This document shows positions 11,640 through 22,800 of a DNA stretch of 64,000 nucleotides, in pieces. The stretch's first letter is position 1, and every line of letters begins with the position of its first letter. The stretch spans positions 1 through 64,000 of the forward strand of contig JAADVB010000009.1 in assembly GCA_023334545.1 (NCBI GenBank). The letters are read 5' to 3'. The notes under the pieces are model-generated. The model had not been told where the DNA came from, did not search any database, and worked only from the letters and a program-made list of their open reading frames with translations. The translations under genes were made by a program, and so were the position numbers. Source of the stretch: Salisapilia sapeloensis CBS 127946. Taxonomy: Eukaryota > Protista > Oomycota.

Positions 11640-14600
11640 ATGAAGGAAGAACGCATGGCATCGACTGGAATGGATGACAAAAAACGTAAATGGGCTGACC
11701 TCGGATGGGAGGTTGTATTCGAGGCTCATTCGTTTGTCGCACTCATGGCTGCAGAGCCGGAGGAAGCTCCGAAAGCACCTTCGAAAGGCAAGACATATCG
11801 AAAGGGCAAGAAGAAGTCATCGTCTCGTCGATCTCGCAAGAACGATAAATCTGACGAAGATGCGTCGAAGGACATTGACATGACTCCGACCGCTTCGTTT
11901 GAGCAAGGGTTCTATGTTGTACAGCTACAGGACGATGTTACTGAAGACATGCTGGATACGGACGAAGAGGTCGTTCGTGTGACGTGGCTTGGTGCAAAAG
12001 CTGGGCAAGCTCAGCGGTATGAAAGACAGCATGATGAAGCGGTCAACGTCGGAACTATCATGTGTCAAGTCTACATGATAGAGCACGAAACCAACAACTT
12101 GGAACTCACGGCGAAATCCAAACAAAGGGCAGAAATTTGTTTGCAAAGGTCGAAAGTGAATGACGAGGAAGGTATCCCGATGCCTTCGGATATCGAAAAC
12201 GAAAAGCCACCGACTTCCGGTCGCAAGAAGTCTGGAATGAATGATGTCGACATGGATGAGGATAGCAACAGTGACGGAGACGGTGAAGTCGTAAAGAAGC
12301 GTCGCCGTGTTAACCGTGGATCTAGCAACGGGAGTTCTAAGGTGCGCCGCAAATTAACAAAAAAAGAGGCGAGTATGATCACACCTCCTCTTTACACCAG
12401 CGTCGACGAGACTAAGTACGAGGATAAAGAGCTGTTTGGTATGGAATCTTCGGAAAATTTGGATGAGGACGACGTGATGGCAAACGATAAGGAGCTCATT
12501 CGTGCTGTACTTACGGGGAACCACGAGCTGTTGAAAACGTTGACGGAGAACAAGCATGTTTACAAGAAGCTCCATACTTTCCATGCTTACCAAAGTGCCG
12601 ACGTGCACCGCACAGCGTTCCAATGTGCGATAGAGAAGGACGATTCAAAGGCGATTTCACTTTTAGTCCAAGCGCATAAGATGGAAAATCCTGTCATGGC
12701 AGCTGCACCGGACATATCGCTGCCGTCTCACTCTACTGGAAGTCACACCAGTCGCTTCAGCGACTACAATCGTCGTGCGATTAATGCTAGTCGAGGAGGT
12801 AAAGAAGGGAACGATGCGCTTTTGAATGATAACAAGAACGAAATCAGTCAGCGGGCGGAATATTCCTTCTTGTGGAGGTGCAACAGAACAAGCATTCAAG
12901 CACTGACGCTAGTTTATCCGACTGGAGAATGGACAAGCGAGTATCATGCATCGACTTATGTAGCACAGTCTGCAAGAGTTGGAAATTATCGACTCGTGGA
13001 GCGCATGATCCAGACATTAGCACGTAAAGGAGGTTGGGGATTCAACGACCTCCATCACAAAGTGCTATCGAGCTCTGGTGAAGAACTTCCTGCCTTTCGG
13101 AATGTCTCGGTGATCAAACAAGCTCAAGATAGCAAACTCCGACCGCTTCATTTAGCTTGTATCAACCCAGATATCCAGTACCTGAAAACTTTGTGGGGAT
13201 CGGATGGCGCCGAGTGGGCAGCAATCAAGGACGTCCTTCAATATGAGCCCATCCACTACGCAGCTGCATGCGAGGGAACAGGACCGCTAGAGTTTCTTCT
13301 AGAGCACAAGTGCAGTCTCTTTGCTCGCACTAAACACCGCGAAACGCCTCTTATGCGTGCGATCGAGTGCCGTCGAGAGGAAAATGCATTGGTCATACTA
13401 GAGTACGCACGTAAAGAAGATGACGAGACACTTCAAAAGGTACTTTCGGAACGTGGAAACCGATCGCAGCAAGCTATTCATATGGCAGCATCCAACGGTT
13501 GCAATCATTTGATGGAAAAGCTGATCGAATTTGGAGCTGCTGTTAACAGTGCAGGTGCAGACAAGATCACTCCGTTATGTCTCGCTTCCATGCAAGGTCA
13601 CATTGAATGTGCTAAGCTGCTTTTGGATAACGGAGCGAAAGTGAATCAAGGAAATAAGCTGAAGAAGACACCGCTTATGTTCGCTGTCAAAAATGGACAT
13701 ACGAAGCTCGCAGCCATGTTGATCAACTATGGTGCCAACGTGAATGCATTGGACACGTCTGACAACAGCGTTGCTCACTATGCTGCTGCATACGGATATC
13801 TTTCGTGTGTACAGTTACTCTGCGATGTTGGGGCAAACGTTTGGCTTCGTAACTCATGGGGCATCATTCCCCTGTCCTGTGCTTTGCTCAAGCAACGACT
13901 CCAATGCTCCAACTTTATCTTTGAGCAAGACACTACGAATGAAGTCATCAACTTTCGTGATCGGAATGGATGTACGATGCTCTTCTTACAATGCCAGCAC
14001 TCGAAAAACGTTTCCCAGCTAAAATACTTGCTCAACAAAGGTCTGGATCCGAACATTCCTAACTTGGATGGTATTTATCCGCTCCAGTGTCTCATTGATC
14101 GAGCCAAAGTGGAAGCACGAAAGGGTCAGATGCGAGATGGTGAGTCTTTCGAATGTTCCGACTTTTACATGAGCAGTATTCGTCTCTTGTTACAGCACGG
14201 CGGGAAGGTGACTTATGACCTTTCACCAAATGAAGACAAGTCGATAACGCAACTACAGCAGCCATTAGAGATGACAATTACTGAGAAGCTGAAATCTCTG
14301 TTTGACCTGCTCTTAGATGAGTTCAATGCTGATCCAGCTGCAATGAATAACAGAGGAATCGATTCGTGGATGGTGGCACTAGGACTTGGTCGTGAAGGTG
14401 AATACTACGTCCAAAAGCTTTTAAAGAAGCACACAAGCCAAAACGGTCAGAACAAACTACCGATGCGCTTGAGATCAACGGAGACGAATTCAAATAACAT
14501 CTTCCATTGCATTGCTACTGGACCGGCAACGAAGCTCGTGTCAAGTGAGCTTGTGGAAACGTTCGTGGATATGTGTCCGGATCCAGCAGGATTCTTCAAT

Positions 14601-17600
14601 GCAAAAAATGAGTTTGGATTCTCGCCACTCATACAGTTGCTCTCTAATCAGCGACATCAGTTTAGTCGTGAGGAGCTGAAAGATAGTTCAGAAGCACAGC
14701 TTGTTGCCGATTTACAATCGAGTGATTCGAATTTCTCAAAGCTTGTCGAGATATTTGCTCGCGAAACAACGGATGTGGAAGCAGCAGTCCTATATCAGTC
14801 TCGTCCACGGTTCGAGACAATCGTCAGTAACGATGTCGACATGAATGAAACTGCAGCAGGCAAAGCTGAACCGGTGAAGGTCCGAGTTTTGACTGTTTTG
14901 CACCTGGCATTTACAAAGGGGTTTACCACTAGTAGCTCGGAAAATCACTTGAAGTGGTTCGGCCCTGACTTGGTAACCGTCTTGGTCCAGAACCTACCAG
15001 ATCTGGTAAACAATCCGAAACTGCTCAACCTACGGCAAGAGCAAGCTGGTAGCTTTAAAACGGCATTGCATATTGCTGTCGCAAATGAAAGTGTTGATAG
15101 TGTGCGTGCATTGGTACAAAGCAAAGCGAATCCGAATATCTCAAGCGTCGGATGCCAAGGCTGCATTGATAACAAGTGGACAAAAGATTGGGCGTGTCCG
15201 AATCAGTGTGAGCTAAAGAAGGTGGAGACGGCACTTATAGCTGCTGTTCGAAGCAAAAAAGTGGACAATGTCAGGCTCTTACTAGGTAATCGAGCTGATG
15301 TGAAGTGCTATACGGAAACGAACTGGGATTCTCCACTCCACATCGCTCTTGCAGCTAATGCAGTCGAGATTACCGAGCTACTGCTAGAGTACGACGCTCA
15401 GGTTGTGGAGAAGAACGTAAAGGGCGAAACCGCTCTTCACGCAGCTCTAGCTGCGAATAACACTGTAACGGAACGAAAGCCTCATGAAGGTCAAGTCGCT
15501 TATACGCCACTCGAAGACGTGACAGAAGCACCAACAATCACTCAAGCAAGGGAGAAGACTGCGATTGAGGTCTTTTTAGAGCATCCGCTGGCAAAGCCAG
15601 CACTGGCAATACAGAATGTGCACGGTCATACACCAATTCATATAGCTGCCAGCAAGCGTGACACCTCCCTTCTTCGCTTTCTTGTGAACGGATCAGAGAA
15701 TGTGAAAGAGAGTGTGAACGTAAATGACGTATATGGTCGATCACCTTTGCATCTCGCTGTGAATGCTGCATCCATGGATGCCAATGCTTCCTTTGAAACG
15801 GAACGCTTTTTGCTCCAATGTCATGCAGATGCAAATGCACTGGATTATCTAAACTTTACCCCTCTTCACTACGCCATGTTTAAAGTGGATATGCACTGGA
15901 GTATCAGATACGATATGCAGAATCAAAAGCAAAAGCAAGATAAAGATGATGTAAGCAAGGACGAAAGCTATGAAAAGAAGAAGAAAGAGGCGTTTGATGA
16001 GATCTTACGAAAGATCCCAGCCAAGTCCACCGATCCGGTTGAGACGGTAGCGAACCTTGTCGCAGTCCACAGTATCAATCTCGGACAGAAAGACAAGTTC
16101 GGACGAACGCCGTTGCATCTTGCAGCTGCAACAGGTGCCTTTGTTTGCGCCTCTTCTATTCTTGCTGCATGCAAAAGCGCAATTGAGAAGAAAGACTTGC
16201 TAGAGGCGGAAGACGAGCGTGGGTTCACACCACTCGGCTTGGCTTTCCTCCATCTACAGCAACAGACGATTACAACGCTGCTTGATAATGGAGCTAGCTT
16301 TTCTGGTGTAATAAAGGTGGATGAAATGGACAAGAAAGGAAATGGCGAAAATGGAAAAGTGAAGAAAGTTACCAAACAGTACAGCTACTTTTACCACGCT
16401 GTCAAACATGGGCTCACAGGTGTCTGCCACATGCTTCTCAATGCCAAATTCGATCGGCGACAGGCTGTGGAAGACGCCATTCTTTGCTCCCAGTTCCAAT
16501 TGGCCAACAATTTGATCGTGTCCGTCGAGTTTTCCAACGACACAGCTCTACTCACAAGAGTGAATGACCGTCAAGAGACACTTTTGCACTCCATGGCGAA
16601 GGTTACCAAGAGCTTTGGAGATTTTGAAAGCGAGTTGGCTTGGACGCTTATCGATGCTGGTGTAGATGCCAAACAACAAACGGAGGGAGGAAACACTGCA
16701 CTTCATTACGCCGCACGAGCTGGAAACATTCACTTTATGGACTTTCTACAGCACAATGGCTGTGATATAAGCGCGAGAAACGCTTTGGACGAGACCGTTA
16801 CACTGTACATGATCAAGCACGGTCGAGATCAACTAGAGGCCAAGCTCCAGAAATCCCTTACATACTGCGCTTCTCGTTCCAACAGTCGAGATGAAGTGGA
16901 TAAGTCTGGCACAAATATCATTGCTGCTTACCTCGACCGAATGCTCAATCAGGTTGACAGCACGCCAAAGCAATTCGTAGCTGTCGAAGCGATTTTAAAG
17001 CGCGGCTCTAATGCCGACTGTGTGTTTCCAAGTCAACACAAGAACGATTTGTTCAACAATGAAGCGCTTGGCTGTACTAGTTTGAAGACAAAAATGCCAG
17101 TTGTAGTGCTTGCTAGCTACACCAGTCACAAGTACATCCGGTATCAGCTTGTCGCCATGCTTCTCCGATATGGAGCACGAGTTTGCACAGCTGACGAATA
17201 TGGTAACTCGTTGCTGACACACTTGGTTGTGAGAAACTTGGTCCATGAAGTGCGACTTGTGCTTGGACTTGTAAAAAACGTACTTGATCCAACAGACGAA
17301 AAGAACAAGCGTGTGGTGCGAGTTCAAGTGCGAAAGGAAGATATCAAACGTGCCGTCAAGCAGAAGAATAAGGATGGAAAGACTGCTCTGCACTATGCGG
17401 TGCAATCACAGTCTTTCTGCTCGTATGAAAACGTCGAGATGATTCAGCTCATCCTGGATGCAGGTGGTGACTTGATGGCCAAGGACCTTGATGGGTCCAC
17501 GCCGGTTGACTTGGCGTCGAAGCAGCGATCCGGACATGTCATGAGATACCTCAAGTCCAAGTATCCGTCCGAGACAAAAAGGGCATGCAACGGAGCGATC

Positions 17601-19829
17601 GAGTTGGAAGAAGACGAAGAGATGTGGGAGGAAGCACCAGGATATATGGAGGATGCTCAAGAGTACTTGCGACAATGTGAGGTGACTGGGAAGATCAAGA
17701 AGGAAAGGAGTAAAGCTGTTGTTGATCGCAATTGCAACGCGGGAAACAAGAGTCGAGTTGTGAACAAGCTCGATGCGTCTGGCGAACCTCTTCCTAATGA
17801 AGCCTACTCTGCTCTTCTTACTAAAGTTGATGTGAAGAATGGACGCTTTGGCCTGAATGTCTTCTACAAACTCCAGCTAGTAGAGGATCAGCTCCAAGGT
17901 ATCTTCGTGCTGTTCACCAATTGGGGACGCATCGGAGAGGAAGGCAAGTTCCAGAACACGCCTTTTCAGTCTGAGGCGGAAGGCATTACGGAATTCAAGA
18001 AGGTCTTCCGATCGAAAACTGGGAACCACTGGGAGCAACGACATGAATATGTAAAGCAGCCGAAGAAGTACAACCTTGTCCAGCGCGTTCAAACTAGAAC
18101 CACAATTAATGCCGAGGTCACACGGTCGATTGTGGAGACGGCAAAGCATGAAAGTCTTCCTGCGATTAAGAACGCCGACTGTGCGACGCCGCAGCTGACT
18201 CAACTGCTTAGCGCCATTGCTGACGTGCGCAACCTCGAGATTGCGGCACAAAAGGATTGTCGCTTTAGCGGGAACCTGCCGCTTGCAGACCAGAGCGAAC
18301 TGATTGCAGCAGTAGAGCATCTAGAATCAATCAAGGGGCTACTGAAAGAACGCATCGAGGTGAACGAGAAGATCCAAGCTTGCAATGGAGACATGTCGGA
18401 TGAAGGACACAGGAAGTTAACAGACTTGTCGAACGAACATGCTGCCTTGACGGACGAGATTAGTGAAAAGTCGAGTCGATATTACGAAATCATGCCGCAG
18501 AACGAGGACTCGTCTGGCGATTCCATTCGCGGCTTTGATGATGAAAGTGATGTAAATGCGGAGATTACGAGGCTACGTACGCTCATGGACATCTCGCAGA
18601 CATACAAGATATTGCTCGGAGCCAAGCAGAAGCAGAAACAGGTACATCCGCTTGAGTACTGCTACCAGTCTATGCAGGTACACATCTCCCCGATGGATGC
18701 TGACTCTGAAGAATCAAAAGTGCTTTCTCGCTACTTTTTTAACGGCATTCGTCCAAAAAAGCGTGAAAAATACCGCGTTTCGAACATCTTTAGTGTATCT
18801 CGAAAAGGCGAAAAGTCCCGTATGAAGGACTTTTTGGAGCAAAATCCATCTTTTGCAGACAAGCACTCGAAGCTTTTCTGGCATGGAACGAGTAGGACGA
18901 ATGTGATGGGTATTCTGTCTCAAGGGCTGCGTATTGCACCACCAGAGGCACCGCGTCATGGTTGTGCGTATGGCAAGGGACTCTACTTTGCTGACGTAGC
19001 GAAGAAAAGCTTGGGCTACTGCGGCACTCCATATATAATTTCTCCGAGCACGTTACCTGCTGCAAGTGGAACTGTCAATGGCAACGCTTTGAATAAAGAG
19101 AAGACGCGGCAAGTCTGCTACTTACTTCTGTGTGAAGTACTGACTGGAAACCCAGAAGAACGATCTCAGCCTCTATTTAACAGCGAGGAGGTTCCGAAAG
19201 CTGACAGTGTCAGAGCTCTTGCTGAGCACTTGCCTAATCCAGAAGGAAGCATCACGTCTCCAGTAAGCGGTACTGAGATGGATCTTGGTGAGGTCGGGAA
19301 AGTTGGTCATGCTGTTCCGTACGATTCTTTGTGGGCAAGTTGCCCCATTGATTCCGAGCGCTATATGATGTTCCGTCACATTGATTACGAGATGACTGAA
19401 AGAAAAATGCGCTTTTTGGATAAGGCACTAGCTCAGTGCAATGAAGGCGAAAGCGTTCAACTTGAGGATGAAGACGAAAAGCGAGCCTTTGTGAATTACG
19501 AGTTCCACAGCGCAAGTGTGGAATTGAAAGTACTGGAGAAAGCCATGGAGCTGAGTCAAGGCAAGAACACCAAACCTTCGCCAGATCGCAAAGCAGGATG
19601 CGACGCTACTGTACAAGTGATCATATCGGAGAACGATTGTATCGTAAAGTACTATGCGAAGCGATATCGCAGCGTTCGTTTCCAGGATTGTGTATTGCCG
19701 GAGGAATATAGGTTTTGCGAGACTTGCCGCAGCGGGCACAGTGAGCACATTGTCTACAATGAAGCCCAAGCCCGGATTAGGTACTTGGTCGAAGTCGAAC
19801 TGCTGAAAAACAAGAGTTATTGGAACTAG
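11640..19829 (+). CDS. Ankyrin-repeat poly(ADP-ribose) polymerase (tankyrase/PME-5-like; ANK + WGR + regulatory + catalytic), 2729 aa
   Basis: Intronless 8.2-kb ORF. Many TPLHxA/TALH ankyrin repeats; WGR (FYKLQL, LFTNWGRIG, FKKVFRSKTGNHW); regulatory domain (SSRYYEIMP); catalytic FWHGTS, GLRIAPPEAP, GKGLYFAD, SEHIVYNEAQARIRYL with the H-Y-E triad. Confidence 0.93.
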   Translation: MKEERMASTGMDDKKRKWADLGWEVVFEAHSFVALMAAEPEEAPKAPSKGKTYRKGKKKSSSRRSRKNDKSDEDASKDIDMTPTASFEQGFYVVQLQDDVTEDMLDTDEEVVRVTWLGAKAGQAQRYERQHDEAVNVGTIMCQVYMIEHETNNLELTAKSKQRAEICLQRSKVNDEEGIPMPSDIENEKPPTSGRKKSGMNDVDMDEDSNSDGDGEVVKKRRRVNRGSSNGSSKVRRKLTKKEASMITPPLYTSVDETKYEDKELFGMESSENLDEDDVMANDKELIRAVLTGNHELLKTLTENKHVYKKLHTFHAYQSADVHRTAFQCAIEKDDSKAISLLVQAHKMENPVMAAAPDISLPSHSTGSHTSRFSDYNRRAINASRGGKEGNDALLNDNKNEISQRAEYSFLWRCNRTSIQALTLVYPTGEWTSEYHASTYVAQSARVGNYRLVERMIQTLARKGGWGFNDLHHKVLSSSGEELPAFRNVSVIKQAQDSKLRPLHLACINPDIQYLKTLWGSDGAEWAAIKDVLQYEPIHYAAACEGTGPLEFLLEHKCSLFARTKHRETPLMRAIECRREENALVILEYARKEDDETLQKVLSERGNRSQQAIHMAASNGCNHLMEKLIEFGAAVNSAGADKITPLCLASMQGHIECAKLLLDNGAKVNQGNKLKKTPLMFAVKNGHTKLAAMLINYGANVNALDTSDNSVAHYAAAYGYLSCVQLLCDVGANVWLRNSWGIIPLSCALLKQRLQCSNFIFEQDTTNEVINFRDRNGCTMLFLQCQHSKNVSQLKYLLNKGLDPNIPNLDGIYPLQCLIDRAKVEARKGQMRDGESFECSDFYMSSIRLLLQHGGKVTYDLSPNEDKSITQLQQPLEMTITEKLKSLFDLLLDEFNADPAAMNNRGIDSWMVALGLGREGEYYVQKLLKKHTSQNGQNKLPMRLRSTETNSNNIFHCIATGPATKLVSSELVETFVDMCPDPAGFFNAKNEFGFSPLIQLLSNQRHQFSREELKDSSEAQLVADLQSSDSNFSKLVEIFARETTDVEAAVLYQSRPRFETIVSNDVDMNETAAGKAEPVKVRVLTVLHLAFTKGFTTSSSENHLKWFGPDLVTVLVQNLPDLVNNPKLLNLRQEQAGSFKTALHIAVANESVDSVRALVQSKANPNISSVGCQGCIDNKWTKDWACPNQCELKKVETALIAAVRSKKVDNVRLLLGNRADVKCYTETNWDSPLHIALAANAVEITELLLEYDAQVVEKNVKGETALHAALAANNTVTERKPHEGQVAYTPLEDVTEAPTITQAREKTAIEVFLEHPLAKPALAIQNVHGHTPIHIAASKRDTSLLRFLVNGSENVKESVNVNDVYGRSPLHLAVNAASMDANASFETERFLLQCHADANALDYLNFTPLHYAMFKVDMHWSIRYDMQNQKQKQDKDDVSKDESYEKKKKEAFDEILRKIPAKSTDPVETVANLVAVHSINLGQKDKFGRTPLHLAAATGAFVCASSILAACKSAIEKKDLLEAEDERGFTPLGLAFLHLQQQTITTLLDNGASFSGVIKVDEMDKKGNGENGKVKKVTKQYSYFYHAVKHGLTGVCHMLLNAKFDRRQAVEDAILCSQFQLANNLIVSVEFSNDTALLTRVNDRQETLLHSMAKVTKSFGDFESELAWTLIDAGVDAKQQTEGGNTALHYAARAGNIHFMDFLQHNGCDISARNALDETVTLYMIKHGRDQLEAKLQKSLTYCASRSNSRDEVDKSGTNIIAAYLDRMLNQVDSTPKQFVAVEAILKRGSNADCVFPSQHKNDLFNNEALGCTSLKTKMPVVVLASYTSHKYIRYQLVAMLLRYGARVCTADEYGNSLLTHLVVRNLVHEVRLVLGLVKNVLDPTDEKNKRVVRVQVRKEDIKRAVKQKNKDGKTALHYAVQSQSFCSYENVEMIQLILDAGGDLMAKDLDGSTPVDLASKQRSGHVMRYLKSKYPSETKRACNGAIELEEDEEMWEEAPGYMEDAQEYLRQCEVTGKIKKERSKAVVDRNCNAGNKSRVVNKLDASGEPLPNEAYSALLTKVDVKNGRFGLNVFYKLQLVEDQLQGIFVLFTNWGRIGEEGKFQNTPFQSEAEGITEFKKVFRSKTGNHWEQRHEYVKQPKKYNLVQRVQTRTTINAEVTRSIVETAKHESLPAIKNADCATPQLTQLLSAIADVRNLEIAAQKDCRFSGNLPLADQSELIAAVEHLESIKGLLKERIEVNEKIQACNGDMSDEGHRKLTDLSNEHAALTDEISEKSSRYYEIMPQNEDSSGDSIRGFDDESDVNAEITRLRTLMDISQTYKILLGAKQKQKQVHPLEYCYQSMQVHISPMDADSEESKVLSRYFFNGIRPKKREKYRVSNIFSVSRKGEKSRMKDFLEQNPSFADKHSKLFWHGTSRTNVMGILSQGLRIAPPEAPRHGCAYGKGLYFADVAKKSLGYCGTPYIISPSTLPAASGTVNGNALNKEKTRQVCYLLLCEVLTGNPEERSQPLFNSEEVPKADSVRALAEHLPNPEGSITSPVSGTEMDLGEVGKVGHAVPYDSLWASCPIDSERYMMFRHIDYEMTERKMRFLDKALAQCNEGESVQLEDEDEKRAFVNYEFHSASVELKVLEKAMELSQGKNTKPSPDRKAGCDATVQVIISENDCIVKYYAKRYRSVRFQDCVLPEEYRFCETCRSGHSEHIVYNEAQARIRYLVEVELLKNKSYWN

Positions 19830-19845
19830 AAATGCATGTTGTTTA

Positions 19846-22800
19846 TCATTCCTTTGCCTTGGAAGTCTCTTGTTCGAGGACTTTATCAATGTAGCCTCCC
19901 TCTTGCATCAGGTCGTAAAAGTGTCCACTGCCTTTCAATGTCAATGCTCGCGGGGTGTCAAATTCTACCACCTCCCCCTTGTCCAAAACGAGGATACGGC
20001 TCGAGTCAAGGATTGTGTCGAGTCGGTGGGCAATCGTCAGAACGGTGGACGTGCTAAAAGCCGAACGGATTACACGCTGCAGACGCTGATCAGTCTCATG
20101 GTCGATTGCCGCTGTTGCCTCATCGAAGATAACGATGTTCGACTCGCGCAACAAAGCTCGCGCCATGCACAACATCTGACGCTCACCAACGCTAAAGTTC
20201 TCACCGTTCTCTTCAACAGGACTCTCGAGTTTGCTTTTATCCTCGCTAATGCGCTCGGAAAGCCCAACGCGACGAAGCACATCCCATAGCGCGTCATCAG
20301 AGCATTCAGTAAAGGGATCAAGATAGTTTCGCAGTGTTCCTTTGAATAGCACTGGGTTCTGTGGAATAATGGACATTCCTTGACGAAGTGCCTTGAGACC
20401 AATCTTGCTCGTATCGATACCGTCGATGAGGATCCGACCTGATGCCAGCTCATTGATACGGAATAGCGCCATCGTAAGGCTTGACTTTCCCGCCCCTGTG
20501 CGTCCGACGATCCCGATCTTCTCCCCTTCTCCAACCTCAAGCGAAAGGCTTTTTAAAACCAGTTCGTCTCCCTCTTTATATCGGAAGCACACCTTGTCAA
20601 ACTGGATTGCTCCTTTGGAAGGCCACTTGGAACTTGAGGACGGATCGGTCGATGGAATGTAATGAGCTGGTTCTTGAGGAATATCGATATACTCCTGGAG
20701 GCGCTCGGGGCTTACCATCAAAGTCTCGATCCAGGTCATATTTCGTATAATTGACTCCAAGTTACCACTCACTTTTAATGCGTACGAAAATGCAAGACCG
20801 ATGATAGCAACATCGAGGACATCTCGAAGCAAAACAAGGGAGGACGTGACACACAAGAGGATCAGTGCACTCACGAACTGGATTCGAAGCGAAAACCAAT
20901 TGTTGACTGCTGACATGGCATACCAAATCTGGTTATTTGCATCCATGCGCTCATTGCTCGTCTGCTTGAATCGATCCAACTGCTTCTTTCCATACGCACG
21001 AATGACACTGCATCCTTCTATGGACTCCGACAAGTGATTCAGCACGGGTGCGTTCGTTGTTTTGAAAAGGCGCTGGATTTCTCTTGCCGGTGTAATGTAG
21101 TACACACCGATGTAGATGTAAAACATCGCGATAGGGAGAAGCATAATTCCTCGCCACTGAATTACGATGGCTGCAGTGATGAGACTGCACAAGGTTGAAA
21201 AGACTTGAGTGGCAAAAGTACCAAATGTAAATGACAAATTGACATCGACCGAAGCGATATCCCCAGCATATCTTGTGAGGATTCGGCCGATAGGATTCGA
21301 ATCATAAAATCGCATCGGTGCGTGCAGCAAAGACGCTGTCATGGCGTCAAACATGTACTTGCCTGCTTTCAACCCGAACCAAGTTACAAGTAGCGTGCGG
21401 ACGAGGACCATAACAGCGGCTAGGACACCCAGTGCTGAGTAAACGCCAAGTCTATAGGATGTAGACACATGTTCTGCATCCTGAAGGCTATCACTCGACC
21501 AGCTACTCAGCCAAAAGTCACTAGATATCTGAAGGGCCTGCCAAATAGACTGGACGAGGATGATGCCGCCCACGACGACGAAGCCACCGACAGCATGATA
21601 GTAAGCGCTGTAGACGTGGCCACTAACACGCCCTTCTGCTCGTTCTTCATCTTTGATCAACACACCATTATTCACTTCTCTTTCCATCTCCGTCATGCTA
21701 TTCTTTTTATTCATAGGATAAGGAGATGATACAGCTGGAGACAAAAGAACCATTTCATCTGCCACTTCATTTGGAAGATCATACTCAGTGACAGGTTCCC
21801 CATCCTCTTGTTGACTCAAGTCTACGTACAACGGTTTGACGTATGGAGTCGTAGGAAGTGGAGATAGTAGAGGTGGCTCTGTCGTTGGCTTTTCATCCTG
21901 ATGTTCACGTGTTTCGACGACGTAGCCTTGGTCATTGATCGTAACTGCATGGCTTATGTGTGGAGAATCAATGATTTCAGCATTGTGCGTGACAAGAATC
22001 ACAGTTTTGTTCCGCAGCAAGCCTAGAAGGCACTTTTGTAGAATTTCATTCTGCACGATCGCATCCACTGCTGACAATGGAGAGTCCAAAATGAAGATAC
22101 TCGCATCACTGTAGCATGCTCTTGCAAGAGCAATACGAGCTTTTTGCCCTCCTGACACGTTCACTCCTCGTTCGCCAATTTCAGTGTTATCTCCTGCAGG
22201 TAGGGACTGTAGATCGCTCGTGAGCGCACATGCGTTCAGTACCTTTTCATACTTTTTACGATCGTACGGATTGCCGAAGAGGATGTTGTCTCGCACCGTC
22301 ATATTTTGGATCCAAGGCTGCTGAGAACAGTACGCAACATCACCTCCAACATAAACAGTTCCGTTGTGCTTTACCATCTCACCAAGCAAAGCAGAGCACA
22401 AGGAAGATTTTCCACTACCGACTCGACCGTGAATAACGAAGAAAGCGCCAGCTTTGACTTGGAAGTTTACATTCTTAAGCACAGTCGATGCTTGATCCCA
22501 GCCAAAGATTCCGTTTTCAACTGCGACAATAACGTTCGAGGACATGTATTTTGTAGCGATCGGGTCATGAATACCGACGACACTACTTTCATCCATTTCA
22601 GGCATTTTTAAAAAGCTTTGTATCTTGTCCAGAGCAACCTTGGCCTGAATGGTCTGTAGGAGTAATGAGGTGATCATGCGTAGAGGCTGCTGGATGATTT
22701 GGAAGAGTGCGATGCTCGTAAAGACAATGGCTGGAGTTAGCTCCTGATCGAGTAGGATAGCAAAAGTTCCAAAGGCAGCGACACTGATGAAAACAGGCAT

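Noticed and set aside
19305-19740. PARP insertion considered as an intein or Hint domain
   Set aside because: No N-terminal Cys/Ser block with a C-terminal His-Asn followed by Cys/Ser/Thr, and no LAGLIDADG motifs.
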